DNA of 63,705 nt, filler included, from Thraustochytrium aureum (taxonomy: Eukaryota), in assembly GCA_012862495.1 (NCBI GenBank). It is 5 parts of 4 records of this genome, joined end to end, with 100 filler letters (N's around TTAATTAATTAA, not from the genome) between each part and the next. Parts side by side here need not be neighbours in the genome. Positions count along the whole stretch, not along the records: positions 1 to 19,914 come from BLSG01000351.1; 4 more parts are not named here. One strand, given 5' to 3'. Positions 1 to 10,493 of the stretch are shown one piece after another. Numbering within the stretch: the first letter of the stretch is position 1; the number at the start of each line of letters is the position of its first letter. Both the position numbers and the translations under genes were made by a program. Under the pieces are notes generated by a model. The model was given only the letters and a program-made list of their open reading frames with translations, searched no databases and had not been told where the DNA came from.

Positions 1-171
1 TCTGCACTGACAGTCAAAGGTTGCGTCGTGGAGGGCCAAGTCGTCGTCGCCGCCGGCGCTGCTCGACCCTGCACATGAGCGTCTGTCCCACAAAGACCTC
101 TCTCCCAACCGCCGCGTAGCGCCAACGCCTCGCTTGATAGATGTTGGAAATGTACTTGGTCTCTACCAGAG

Positions 172-2114
172 CTAGAAGAGATCGTGGAGGATCTCCTTGG
201 CGTCCTCTTGGTCGTGCGTGAGGTGGGGGCTCGCGTTCGCCCCGCCGAGGCCGGCGCCCTCGGCAGCCTCCATGACACTGAGTTGTTTCCATCGTCGTCC
301 TCGTCGTCCTCAAACCCGTCGTCGTCGTCGTCGTCGTCGTCGTCCGGGTTGTCGCGCATAAATGCAGCCATGGGGTCTTCCCTCCCTGCCTCTGCCGGCT
401 GCTCTGGCTCGATCTCAAGCTCGTCGAGTTCGGGAAGAGGGTACCGCAGGATGGCAGCGACCCCGGACAGCTGCTCCAGCTGCTCCCCAGAGGTGTGGAG
501 GGCAGAGAAGATGTAAACGTTGGCCCCGCTGCCCCGGCAGTCCTCCACGAGCTGGACATAGCGCTTGCGCGTTTTGATATCCGACGACCTGAACAGCGAG
601 TCCGTGACGAGGAGCGAGGCAATCGCGCCCTTGTCTTGCGCCGCGCGCACGTGGGGAAACGAGTAAAAGGCCTTCTCTGAGTTGTCGTTGAGCATGCGGA
701 AAAACTTGTGGAGGACCGCGACCTCCTTGGCCGCCTGCGTGTCGGCGAGCTGGCTCTGGATTCCAGGGTCGCCCATGACTTGGTCGAGCGCGTGCTTGTA
801 GCCGGAGGAGGTGTGCACGAGCAAGAACTGGTCCTTGCGCTTCAGCAGGTGGCGCAGGTCGGGGCGCTTTTCCTGCGCCGGCGCGATCCGATCCGCGCCC
901 CGTTAGCCTCGTGCGGGCCGGCGGCTGGTTCGTCGCGGCGCGAGGCAACTTACCGCTTCCGCGAGCATGTACTTGAAAAAGTCGTCCTTGGTGTAGCCCG
1001 GGCTGCCGAGGATGACGGCCTTGACGATCTCAAAGTCGACCTCGCGCGCCAAGGCCTGCACGATGAGCTCGAAGAACCGCTTCATCGCGTCGTCGTGGCT
1101 CTTGCCCCCGGCCCGTTTCTTGGGGACGCTCTTTTCCACCTTGGCCCGTACCAGGGTCATGTGCCCCGTGATCAGGCAGACGTGCGCGAGCCCGGGTTGC
1201 ATGACCACTGCTGCGAGTTGGGCCTGCTTGACAGGGTTGCAAGCCGTTTCAAGGCGCTCGAGGAAGATGGTGTCCCAGCGCTCCTTTGCGATGGAGAAGT
1301 TGCGATGGGGCTCGAGCTCCACGGTGTGGTGCGCGCCGAGCTTGACGTGCTCGTTCTCGCGGATGTTCTGGCCTGCGAGCCGGATGCTGCATTCTTGCGG
1401 GTCAAAGTCNNNNNNNNNNNNNNNNNNNNNNNNNNNNNNNNNNNNNNNNNNNNNNNNNNNNNNNNNNNNNNNNNNNNNNNNNNNNNNNNNNNNNNNNNNN
1501 NNNNNNNNNNNNNNNNNNNNNNNNNNNNNNNNNNNNNNNNNNNNNNNNNNNNNNNNNNNNNNNNNNNNNNNNNNNNNNNNNNNNNNNNNNNNNNNNNNNN
1601 NNNNNNNNNNNNNNNNNNNNNNNNNNNNNNNNNNNNNNNNNNNNNNNNNNNNNNNNNNNNNNNNNNNNNNNNNNNNNNNNNNNNNNNNNNNNNNNNNNNN
1701 NNNNNNNNNNNNNNNNNNNNNNNNNNNNNNNNNNNNNNNNNNNNNNNNNNNNNNNNNNNNNNNNNNNNNNNNNNNNNNNNNNNNNNNNNNNNNNNNNNNN
1801 NNNNNNNNNNNNNNNNNNNNNNNNNNNNNNNNNNNNNNNNNNNNNNTCGTGGTCGCGGTGACTGCGTCTCCGATCGAGATCAGGTTGTACGAGTGCCACA
1901 TATCCTCCGCGTCGCCTGGACACAACGTCACCTGTTGTTTGCCGCGCCGCGCCGCCCAGCAGGACGGTCAGCCACCGCGCCACTCCCACCGGCGCACAAG
2001 CTCCCGTGTGCGCGCAGGGCCACCCCGGCCGAGCAAGCCGTGGAGCGCGAGCGTCCCGAGACGTACCTGTCCTTCGCCATCCTTGGCGCTGATGCTCTTC
2101 TTCACGAGCCGCAT
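172..2114 (-). CDS. PELO: Pelota/Dom34 ribosome rescue factor; 3 visible exons (2114-2067, 1931-954 with N-gap, 872-172), probable frameshift near 280
   Basis: Exon 1 MRLVKKSISAKDGEGQ splices to VTLCPGDAEDMWHSYNLISIGD. Other motifs: ENEHVKLGAHHTVELE, LAAVVMQPGLAHVCLIT, SPGYTKDDF, SGEQLEQLSGVAAILRYPLP. GT-AG introns at 2066-1932 and 953-873 (GTAAGT donor, CTAAC branch-like site). Acidic C-terminal tail; the likely end KEILHDLF* (TAG 174-172) is in another frame. Confidence 0.93.
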
Positions 2115-2709
2115 CGCCCCAACGCGCGCAGAGCCGCGCTGCCCCGCTCGCGCTCTGCTGCAAGGGAGCCGTTCGCGCGGCCGAGGAACGTAAGAGCACT
2201 CTTCTACCCAGGCTTCCTGGCGGGCTGTCTTGGCGGAGAGGGAGGTCTGCTTGGGCAGCCGAGCTCGCAGGCAGCTCTGCGACCGCCAAGGTAGAGTATA
2301 AGAATACTCTGGTTGGCACGAGGGGGGCTCGGCAGCCAGGCCCTGGAGCGCCAACCAGCCGATTGGTCCGTCCATCGATCCCACGGCAGGCCTAGCTCGC
2401 TCGCGCTTCGGGTTTCTCGGACGCTACGCAAAGAGGGAGGCAAGGGGACTCGGAGGTCGCCACAACGCGCGACGGACAAAACACCTGCAGGAAGAAATGC
2501 AGCAAGGGAGTAGGGGTATGTAGGTTACTTGTCTGGGCTCGGAGCTGGTGCAGGGGCCTGGCTGCTTTGGTCGCGCGACCGACCGCCCACGCTCAACTCC
2601 GACGCGCACAGGGCGCAAAAAGTATAAAATCTGTGCCGCCGCACACGACCAACGCAAGTCCGCGCGAGTCGGCAGGACAGACGCCGAGCGCAGGCAGTCT
2701 GCGGGCAGC

Positions 2710-3943
2710 CTACCGCATGCTCACCTTTCGGCGAAAGTCATCGAGAATGTCGTCGTTCTCAAGGATCTCGTTGCGCATCTCCTCAATCTTGCCGTCAAAC
2801 TCCTCCGTGTAGCGCGCTGCGCGCTTGTCGATGAGTAGCTCGCGCTGGCGGTCGATGTCCCGCATGCGCTGCTTCTCCCGCACCTGCTCCTCGAGGAGCT
2901 GGCGATGAACGATGCGACGTTCCGCCTCCTCGCGGGCCAAGCGGGCCAAGCGCTCGTTCTCCAGCTCGTCCTCGGACCGCTTCCGCTGGATGTACATTTG
3001 GTCGTCGATGCGCTGCTGCTCGGCAGCCGCGCGGCGCGCCTCGAGCTGCTCTTGCCGGGTGCGGTCGACCTCCACCATGAGGGCCTCGCGAGCGTCCGCC
3101 TCCCTTTTCCAGCGCTCCTCGCGCTTGATCCACTCCTTCTCCGACTCCTCGCGCCTGATGCGCTCCAGTTCCGTCTCGTCCTGGGCCTCGCGCACAGCCA
3201 TCTGCCGGAGGTGATCCTGGAACTCGCGCTGCGCCGCCGCGAGCGCGGTCGACTTGGCGCGCCTTGCCTCCTCGGCCTGGCGGTCCTTCTCGAGCTGCTG
3301 GCGCAACAGGTACTGGTCGAGCTGCTTCTCGAGCTTGGCCTCCTCGGTGCGGCGGTGAGCGCGCTCGAGGTTTGCGCCCTGGATCTCGGTGCGCGAGAGG
3401 ACCTGCTCCCTTTCACGGCGAATGGCGGCCTCGCGCGCCTCCTCGGCCTCTTGCTGCCACTGTGCGCGCCACATTTGGCGCTGGGCCTCGAGCTCCTGGC
3501 GCTGGAGGTCTTTGCGGCGCTCGAGGTCGCTGACTTGGCTGTCCAGGACCTCGCGCATCTGCTGGTTGCGCATGGCGGCCTCGGCCCGCTCGCGCTCCTC
3601 GCGCTGCCGCTTGGCCTCGATCCCGTCGAGCCACTCGCGGGCAAACTCGGCGTCCATCTCCTGCTCGTGGCGCTTGCGCTCCTCGATGTCCTCTACCTGC
3701 TTGACGCGCTCTTTCGCGATCTTGAGCGTGCGCATTTGCGACTGTTGCAGGCGCATCTCGTCTTGGGCGAGCCGGTCGCGTTGCTTGAGGCACTTGGCCG
3801 CCAGCTCGCGGCGCGCCTGCTCGCGCTCGCGCTTGACCTTCTCGGCGCGCTCCTTCATGCGCTGCCGCCGCTCTTCGGGGCTCTCGAAGCTGTTGCGAAA
3901 CTCCTCCTCGTACATGACGTGCTCCTGGTGCAGCAGGTCAGCG
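2710..3943 (-). CDS. CFAP53: Cilia/flagella-associated protein 53-like coiled-coil protein (5' part in gap; a further 3' exon is possible)
   Basis: Continuous E/R/Q-rich coiled coil. ESPEERRQRMKERAEKVKREREQARRELAAKCLKQRDRLAQDEMR matches the CFAP53/trichoplein-family pattern. A GTGAGC donor-like site lies near 2725. Confidence 0.7.
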
Positions 3944-4626
3944 NNNNNNNNNNNNNNNNNNNNNNNNNNNNNNNNNNNNNNNNNNNNNNNNNNNNNNNNN
4001 NNNNNNNNNNNNNNNNNNNNNNNNNNNNNNNNNNNNNNNNNNNNNNNNNNNNNNNNNNNNNNNNNNNNNNNNNNNNNNNNNNNNNNNNNNNNNNNNNNNN
4101 NNNNNNNNNNNNNNNNNNNNNNNNNNNNNNNNNNNNNNNNNNNNNNNNNNNNNNNNNNNNNNNNNNNNNNNNNNNNNNNNNNNNNNNNNNNNNNNNNNNN
4201 NNNNNNNNNNNNNNNNNNNNNNNNNNNNNNNNNNNNNNNNNNNNNNNNNNNNNNNNNNNNNNNNNNNNNNNNNNNNNNNNNNNNNNNNNNNNNNNNNNNN
4301 NNNNNNNNNNNNNNNNNNNNNNNNNNNNNNNNNNNNNNNNNNNNNNNNNNNNNNNNNNNNNNNNNNNNNNNNNNNNNNNNNNNNNNNNNNNNNNNNNNNN
4401 NNNNNNNNNNNNNNNNNNNNNNNNNNNNNNNNNNNNNNNNNNNNCAGCAGCAGCAGTAGGTCGAGGCGCCTTGAGGGTTGGCTGGGTCGCGAGGTCCCGC
4501 CTGGTCCTGCGTCCCTGCTTGCCTACCCGCCTGCCCTCCGTGGACGCTCCTGCGTGGACGCTATCTACCTGGTATTGCTCGTGGTGCTGTTGACGCGGGG
4601 CCGGCGCTGGGTGTCGCGAGGGCGGT

Positions 4627-6376
4627 ATGTCGTACAGTAATGCGTACCCCAAGTCGGGCGCCGGCAAGTGGGGCGGGACGGCTGGCGGAGGCCAGATGGG
4701 CTCGGCGACGAGGGAGGCCGTGCAAAAGTCCAGGGCGAACAGGGCCGCGAAAGCGGCCCAGGCCACCGCGGTGAAGGCCACGGTGCCGCCGGCAATCGTG
4801 CACGCGCCGGTCGTGGGCGGCGGAGCGACGGCCGGCGCCGCTGCTGGCGCAGACAGCAGCCACCTGCAGCGCATGGACCGAGGCGGGCTCAAGGGCAAGC
4901 GCGGCTGGGCCAAAAAGGGCGGCGGCGGCCACGGCAAGTACACCTGGGGCAAGCCCGGCGACGAGGTGCTGAACGAGCCGATGCTGAGCCGCGCCGACCC
5001 AAACTACGACAGCATGGACGAAGACGAGAGCGACGTGATCTTCGACGTGCAAGAATACCACGCCGAAATGGCGCGCAAAGCCGGCATCAGCTTGGAAGGC
5101 TTGCAAGGCGGCGGCCACCTGTTCGGGGCCCCGCCGCGCCGGCCCGCCCCGCGGTCCGGCGAGCTGGGCAGCTCTCTGCCGCCAAAGATCCCGCTCAAGG
5201 CGTTCAAGTCCAAGTGCGTCGAGATCGTGGACGCGTACCTGACGAGCGAGGACGTGAGCGAGCTCAAGGACGACCTGCTCGACCTGCACAGCCCGATGCT
5301 GCACTACGAGTTCGTGCGTCGGTCAATCACACTGGCGATGGAGCGCCACTCGCGCGAGCGCGAGCTGGTCTCCGTGGCCCTCTCGGAGCTCTTCGGCGCG
5401 CACGTGGTCTCGGCCGAGCAGTTCGGCAAGGGCTTTGAGCGCCTGTTCGAGATCGCCGACGACCTGCAGCTCGACATCCCGAAGGCCAAGGAGTACATCT
5501 CGCAGTTTCTCGCGCGCGCCGTCGCCGACGAGCTCCTGCCGCCTTCGTTCCTCGGCGACCCGCTCATCGAGCGCCTTGGCGGCGAGATCGTCGAGCAGGC
5601 CAAGGTGCTGCTCTCCATCAAGCACGGCCTCGTCCGCCTCGACCACGTCTGGGGGACCACGAGCCACGCCTCGGTGGAGGAGCTCAAGCAGGAGACCAAG
5701 ATGATTCTGCAAGAGTTTGTCAACTCGAGCGACATGGACGAGGCCTGCGAGTGCATCAAGCGCATGCACGTGCCGCACTTCCACCACGAGATCGTCAAGC
5801 GTGCCGTCGTCCTCTCGCTCGACTTTCGCGAGCGCGAGCAGGCGATGATGTCCTCGCTGCTTGCCGAGCTCAGCTCGCGAGGGATCGTCTCGGAAAAGCA
5901 GATGGAGATCGGCTTCCGCCGCCTCTATGCGGCGCTTCCGGACCTCGAGCTGGACGCCCCTGGCGCGACCAAGATCCTGGACGTCTTCATTACACAGGCG
6001 GTCAAGGACCNNNNNNNNNNNNNNNNNNNNNNNNNNNNNNNNNNNNNNNNNNNNNNNNNNNNNNNNNNNNNNNNNNNNNNNNNNNNNNNNNNNNNNNNNN
6101 NNNNNNNNNNNNNNNNNNNNNNNNNNNNNNNNNNNNNNNNNNNNNNNNNNNNNNNNNNNNNNNNNNNNNNNNNNNNNNNNNNNNNNNNNNNNNNNNNNNN
6201 NNNNNNNNNNNNNNNNNNNNNNNNNNNNNNNNNNNNNNNNNNNNNNNNNNNNNNNNNNNNNNNNNNNNNNNNNNNNNNNNNNNNNNNNNNNNNNNNNNNN
6301 NNNNNAGGCGGTCAAGGACCGCTGCCTCTCGGTGGAGTCCGCCATCGCCATCAAGGAGCACTACGCGACCAAGTAA
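4627..6376 (+). CDS. MA3-domain protein, PDCD4-like translation regulator
   Basis: KKGGGGHGKYTWGKPGDE and DPNYDS motifs followed by two MA3 domains (HYEFVRRSITLAME; PHFHHEIVKRAV; LPDLELDAPGA). The C-terminus AVKDRCLSVESAIAIKEHYATK* lies after the gap. Confidence 0.9.
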
Positions 6377-7047
6377 GCGCGCGCGGGGGCGGGAGCACCA
6401 GAGCAGGCTCGCTTCCGGCCGGCGCCGCTGCGCGCGTGCTCCAGCGGCGCCGCGTCTCTCCCTCGTCTCTAGCTAGTAGCCAGAGAGAGTGATGGCCGCC
6501 GCCGCGCGCCTGCTCGCGCTTGTCCTGACTGCAACTTGCGAACGGCCCCGCAACTGCCTTTCTTTTGCCAAGCGCCTCATTTTCTATTCGCCGCGAGCAC
6601 TGCTGCGCCGGCCCATGGCACCAGGAGCCGCGCGCGCGCGCGAGCCGCCCATGCGCGCAGGTCGCTCGTCGCAGCCCAGCAAACACAGTAAAGCAAAGAG
6701 TGCCTTTGCATTATCCAGGTGCGCATCCCTCTACGAGAAAGTCTTGTGGTGATGCTCTTGATGTCGTGCGAACGGCACTAGGATGAGCGCTGTTGCACGC
6801 CGCGTCGACGATGCGGATGTGCCAGCGCGAGGTCTGTGTGTTTGTGGCGCTCTACATTCTTCGAACGAGCCTGGCCTCGAAGTTGATCTTGAACAACGGC
6901 TTGCGCGCGCATCTTAAATGAGGTGGGGCGCTGCCCTGAGGCGGACGCTCGCTCGCTCGCTCGCTCTGCGCAGAGCATCGAAAACGTCCGTGGTGCGCAG
7001 TCTGTGGGCCGCAAAAAGTCACAACGTCTTCGGTGAGCGGCCCGCGT

Positions 7048-7156
7048 TCGAGCTCTTGACGCCGTATGGTCAAGACGAGGTCCGGCTTCTGCAAGGCGAA
7101 GTCGAGCTCTTGACGCCGTATGGTCAAGACGAGGTCCGGCTTCTGCAAGGCGAAGT
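7048..7156. repeat. Perfect 54-bp tandem duplication (2 copies)
   Basis: TCGAGCTCTTGACGCCGTATGGTCAAGACGAGGTCCGGCTTCTGCAAGGCGAAG at 7048-7101 and 7102-7155. Confidence 0.95.
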
Positions 7157-8028
7157 GCGGCTGCTTCCTGCCAGTGTGTCAGATACCTGGAGGTCAGTTA
7201 GCTCGAGAGTGGCTTGTGTTTGCTTTGGCGCGGGGCCAGGGTCCTGGCCTGACAGCCCTGAAAGTGAGGAGCGGCTGCCTCGCCCAAGGTGGCATGGGCG
7301 ATGTTGAGCAACGCTCTCCTTCGTTGATTTCGAGCCCCGCGACGCGACTCNNNNNNNNNNNNNNNNNNNNNNNNNNNNNNNNNNNNNNNNNNNNNNNNNN
7401 NNNNNNNNNNNNNNNNNNNNNNNNNNNNNNNNNNNNNNNNNNNNNNNNNNNNNNNNNNNNNNNNNNNNNNNNNNNNNNNNNNNNNNNNNNNNNNNNNNNN
7501 NNNNNNNNNNNNNNNNNNNNNNNNNNNNNNNNNNNNNNNNNNNNNNNNNNNNNNNNNNNNNNNNNNNNNNNNNNNNNNNNNNNNNNNNNNNNNNNNNNNN
7601 NNNNNNNNNNNNNNNNNNNNNNNNNNNNNNNNNNNNNNNNNNNNNNNNNNNNNNNNNNNNNNNNNNNNNNNNNNNNNNNNNNNNNNNNNNNNNNNNNNNN
7701 NNNNNNNNNNNNNNNNNNNNNNNNNNNNNNNNNNNNNNNNNNNNNNNNNNNNNNNNNNNNNNNNNNNNNNNNNNNNNNNNNNNNNNNNNNNNNNNNNNNN
7801 NNNNNNNTTCTTGCGCCAGCCGTACCCGCTCGCTGTCAAGCACGCCTTGGCGCCAACCTACCTGCGTGCGAGCGCTTGCGCAAGGCAGCCACGCGCTCTG
7901 ACAGGGCAGAGCGCGACGGTGGGAAGCTGCCTGCCAAGGTGCCAGCCCGCCAGTCTGCCGCAAGCAAAGCAGAGGCTCAAGCCGAGAACGACGACTTAGA
8001 ATCAGTCGGCTCGCTCTAGCCGGGCAGA

Positions 8029-10219
8029 ATGGGGGGCGGCCAGTCGAAGCGCACGAAGGAGGAAGCCCTCGAGCTCCTCAAGGACGAATCGACCGACAAA
8101 CGGTGGGTTGAGGAGAAGACCTTTGCCGCCGAAAACTCGCTCGTGTACGGGAATAGCCCGCTGTTCAACGAGCTCCGCGGCCTGCTGGGCGAGCCTCTAG
8201 GCCAGCGGTTCTTGGGCGAGTTTGCCAAAAGCGAAAACTCTGCGGAGAACTTTATGGCCTGGGTCGACATGGAAGAGTACAAGCAGATCCCAACGCGGGA
8301 CTACCGCAGATGCATGGCACGAAACCTGTTCCAAAAGTACATCAAGCACGGCGCTGTGATGCAGCTCGGCGGGCTCACCGAGGACAGAATCAAGTACTAT
8401 GAGGACGCCGTGTATGACAATGTGCCCGTCGGCGAGGACGGCAGGCGCTGCGAAGCCGACCTGAAGCGCTCGCCCACCGCTGTAAGCTCAATTGCAAGCA
8501 AGCAAAGCCTAGCGACGAGCCGCGGGCGCATGGACCTCAAGCCAGACCTCTTCGTCGGCCTGCAGCACATGGTGTTCCGCGAGATGGCGGAAAACACGTT
8601 CAAACGGTTCAAGGACTCTGCGCTCTTCGCCGAGTACGTGGCACAAAAGAAAAGACGTACAACACCGTCGACGTCAACGACTTTGAGTACCTTGCTTTCC
8701 TCGGAAAGGGCGCTTTTGGGATGGTGGCCCACGTCCGGAAAAAGTCGACAGGGCGCGAGTACGCCATGAAGGTCATGAGCAAGGCAAGGCTCATCTCCAC
8801 GATGGGTCGCCGCGGGACACAGGCGCGCCGCCGCGAGCAAATCAACATCGAGCGGGACGTCTATGTCAACTCCCAGTTCCCGTTCATCGTCGCGATGCAC
8901 TACGCCTTCCAGACCCCGAAGGACGCCATCATCGTCATGGAGTTTGCCCGCGGCGGCACGCTGCAGGACCTCATGTCCTCATACCCGGACTCGCGCATGC
9001 CCGAGGAGCATGTCAGGTTTGTGACGGCGGAGCTCATGCTCGCTCTGCGCCACCTGCATTGCAGCAACTATGTCCATCGAGACCTCAAGCCCATCAACGT
9101 GCTCCTCGACATCAAGGGCCACGTCAAGCTGGCAGACATGGGGCTCGTTGGCCGCATCGACGAGACCAAGAACGTAGTCAAGGAGCTCCGCTCCGAAGCC
9201 GTGCTCGACATCGATGCCTCGGACGAAGAAGACGAGGAAGACGACGACGACGAGGAGGAGGAGGAGGAGGAGGAGCAAGCGAGCGGAGAGAAGGAGCAGG
9301 CTCGAGAAGGCGATGCCGCCGCCCGACCGTCGAACGGCGTGTATTCGTCGACGTCGGTCGGCAAGTCGATGCGCAGCGTGTCGCAACGCAGCTCGGGGGC
9401 AAACCCCAAGCTCGACTTTATCGGCCGCCGGTACACCCGCGTCGGAACCATGGGCTACAAGGCACCAGAGCTTCTAAACGCCAAGCGGCCAAAGCGCCCG
9501 AAGAAGGAGCCCGAGAAGGCCAGTCGCGAGGGCGAGGAGACCAAGGCGAGCGAAACCAAAGCGGCAAAGGACGGCGCCGCGACCAACGTCGAGGCCGAGG
9601 ACAGGAGGCGCGCGGGTATGGCTCCTCGGTGGACTGGTGGAGCCTCGGGGTGATGGTCCTCGAAATGCTGTCCGGGAAGAACCACTACGCTCCAAAGTCA
9701 GCCTTGATTATCGCTGCCAACGAACCGGAGAAAATTGAGCTCAGCGTGGTAAATGCGATCTCTGTCCCAAGCGACAAGATCCCGCCCAGCGCGGCGGCGA
9801 CAGAGGCGTGCAAGAGCTTTGTCGACGGGATCCTCAACGTCGACCCAAATCTGCGTCTGGGCAGCAACTCGCAGGGTTTTCGCGGGCTGCAAAAGCATGC
9901 TTGGTTTGAAGGTTTGAGCTTGAGCGAGCTTTTGAACAAGGAGATCGCGCCCCCGTTTCGCCCAGGGCGAGCCAGCAAACATCGGGAGGAATTGAAGGCC
10001 AAATGGCCTGGCTTTGAGGAGATGAAGGCTGAGGTGGACAGCGTCGACCTGAACGCGCTCATGGGCGAGGTGAAAGACGACACGGTGAAAGACAGGCACC
10101 AAAAGTACTTTGACGCGTGGGACTACGTGGCGCCAGCAACATTCAAGCTTGAGCTCAACACGCAAAAGAAGCGCTTCACGGTCAAGGCGCCGGCAGGGGA
10201 GGAAGTGGAGGACGAGTAA
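8029..10219 (+). CDS. RGS-domain AGC Ser/Thr kinase (GRK-like architecture); frameshifts near 8650 and 9615
   Basis: N-terminal MGGGQS (myristoylation-like) and an RGS domain (FLGEFAKSENSAENFMAW...RNLFQKYI...NTFKRFKDS). Kinase motifs across three consecutive ORFs: LGKGAFGMV, YAMKVM, HRDLKPIN, ADMG, VGTMGYKAPE, VDWWSLGV. AGC tail IAPPFRP. Confidence 0.88.
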
Positions 10220-10493
10220 GCAACCTCGCGCTGCGTCCGCCCGGGGGGTCGCCGTGACGACTGCGTTGGTTTTCTGTTGTTTTGTTAGCACTACCTTTAG
10301 AAACAAGGGGTTCCGAGTTTACTACCGAACACAGGCGGTGCTTGTCGCGCACGGGCGCGCGGACGATCTCCCTTCTAAAAGAGAGAAAGACCGCTTGCCG
10401 CCCTGGCGGAGTACCCGCGCACTGGCCGGTTGCCAACCCCCCCGCCCTTGGGTTCCCACGTCGGGCCTGCACAGCGTGGACGGCCTCCAGCAG

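Noticed and set aside
708..2294. Long antisense or N-spanning ORFs (e.g. 708-2294+, 2905-4593+, 22494-24101-, 56425-57951-)
   Set aside because: They are shadow frames of GC3-rich genes or are inflated by N-runs, and carry no independent motifs.
7048..7156. CRISPR array (palindromic repeat)
   Set aside because: The copies are directly adjacent and identical, with no unique spacer.
8640..9620. Programmed ribosomal frameshifting or pseudogenisation of host genes
   Set aside because: Frameshifts occur throughout unrelated essential genes, often at homopolymers, without other signs of decay; sequencing error is more parsimonious.
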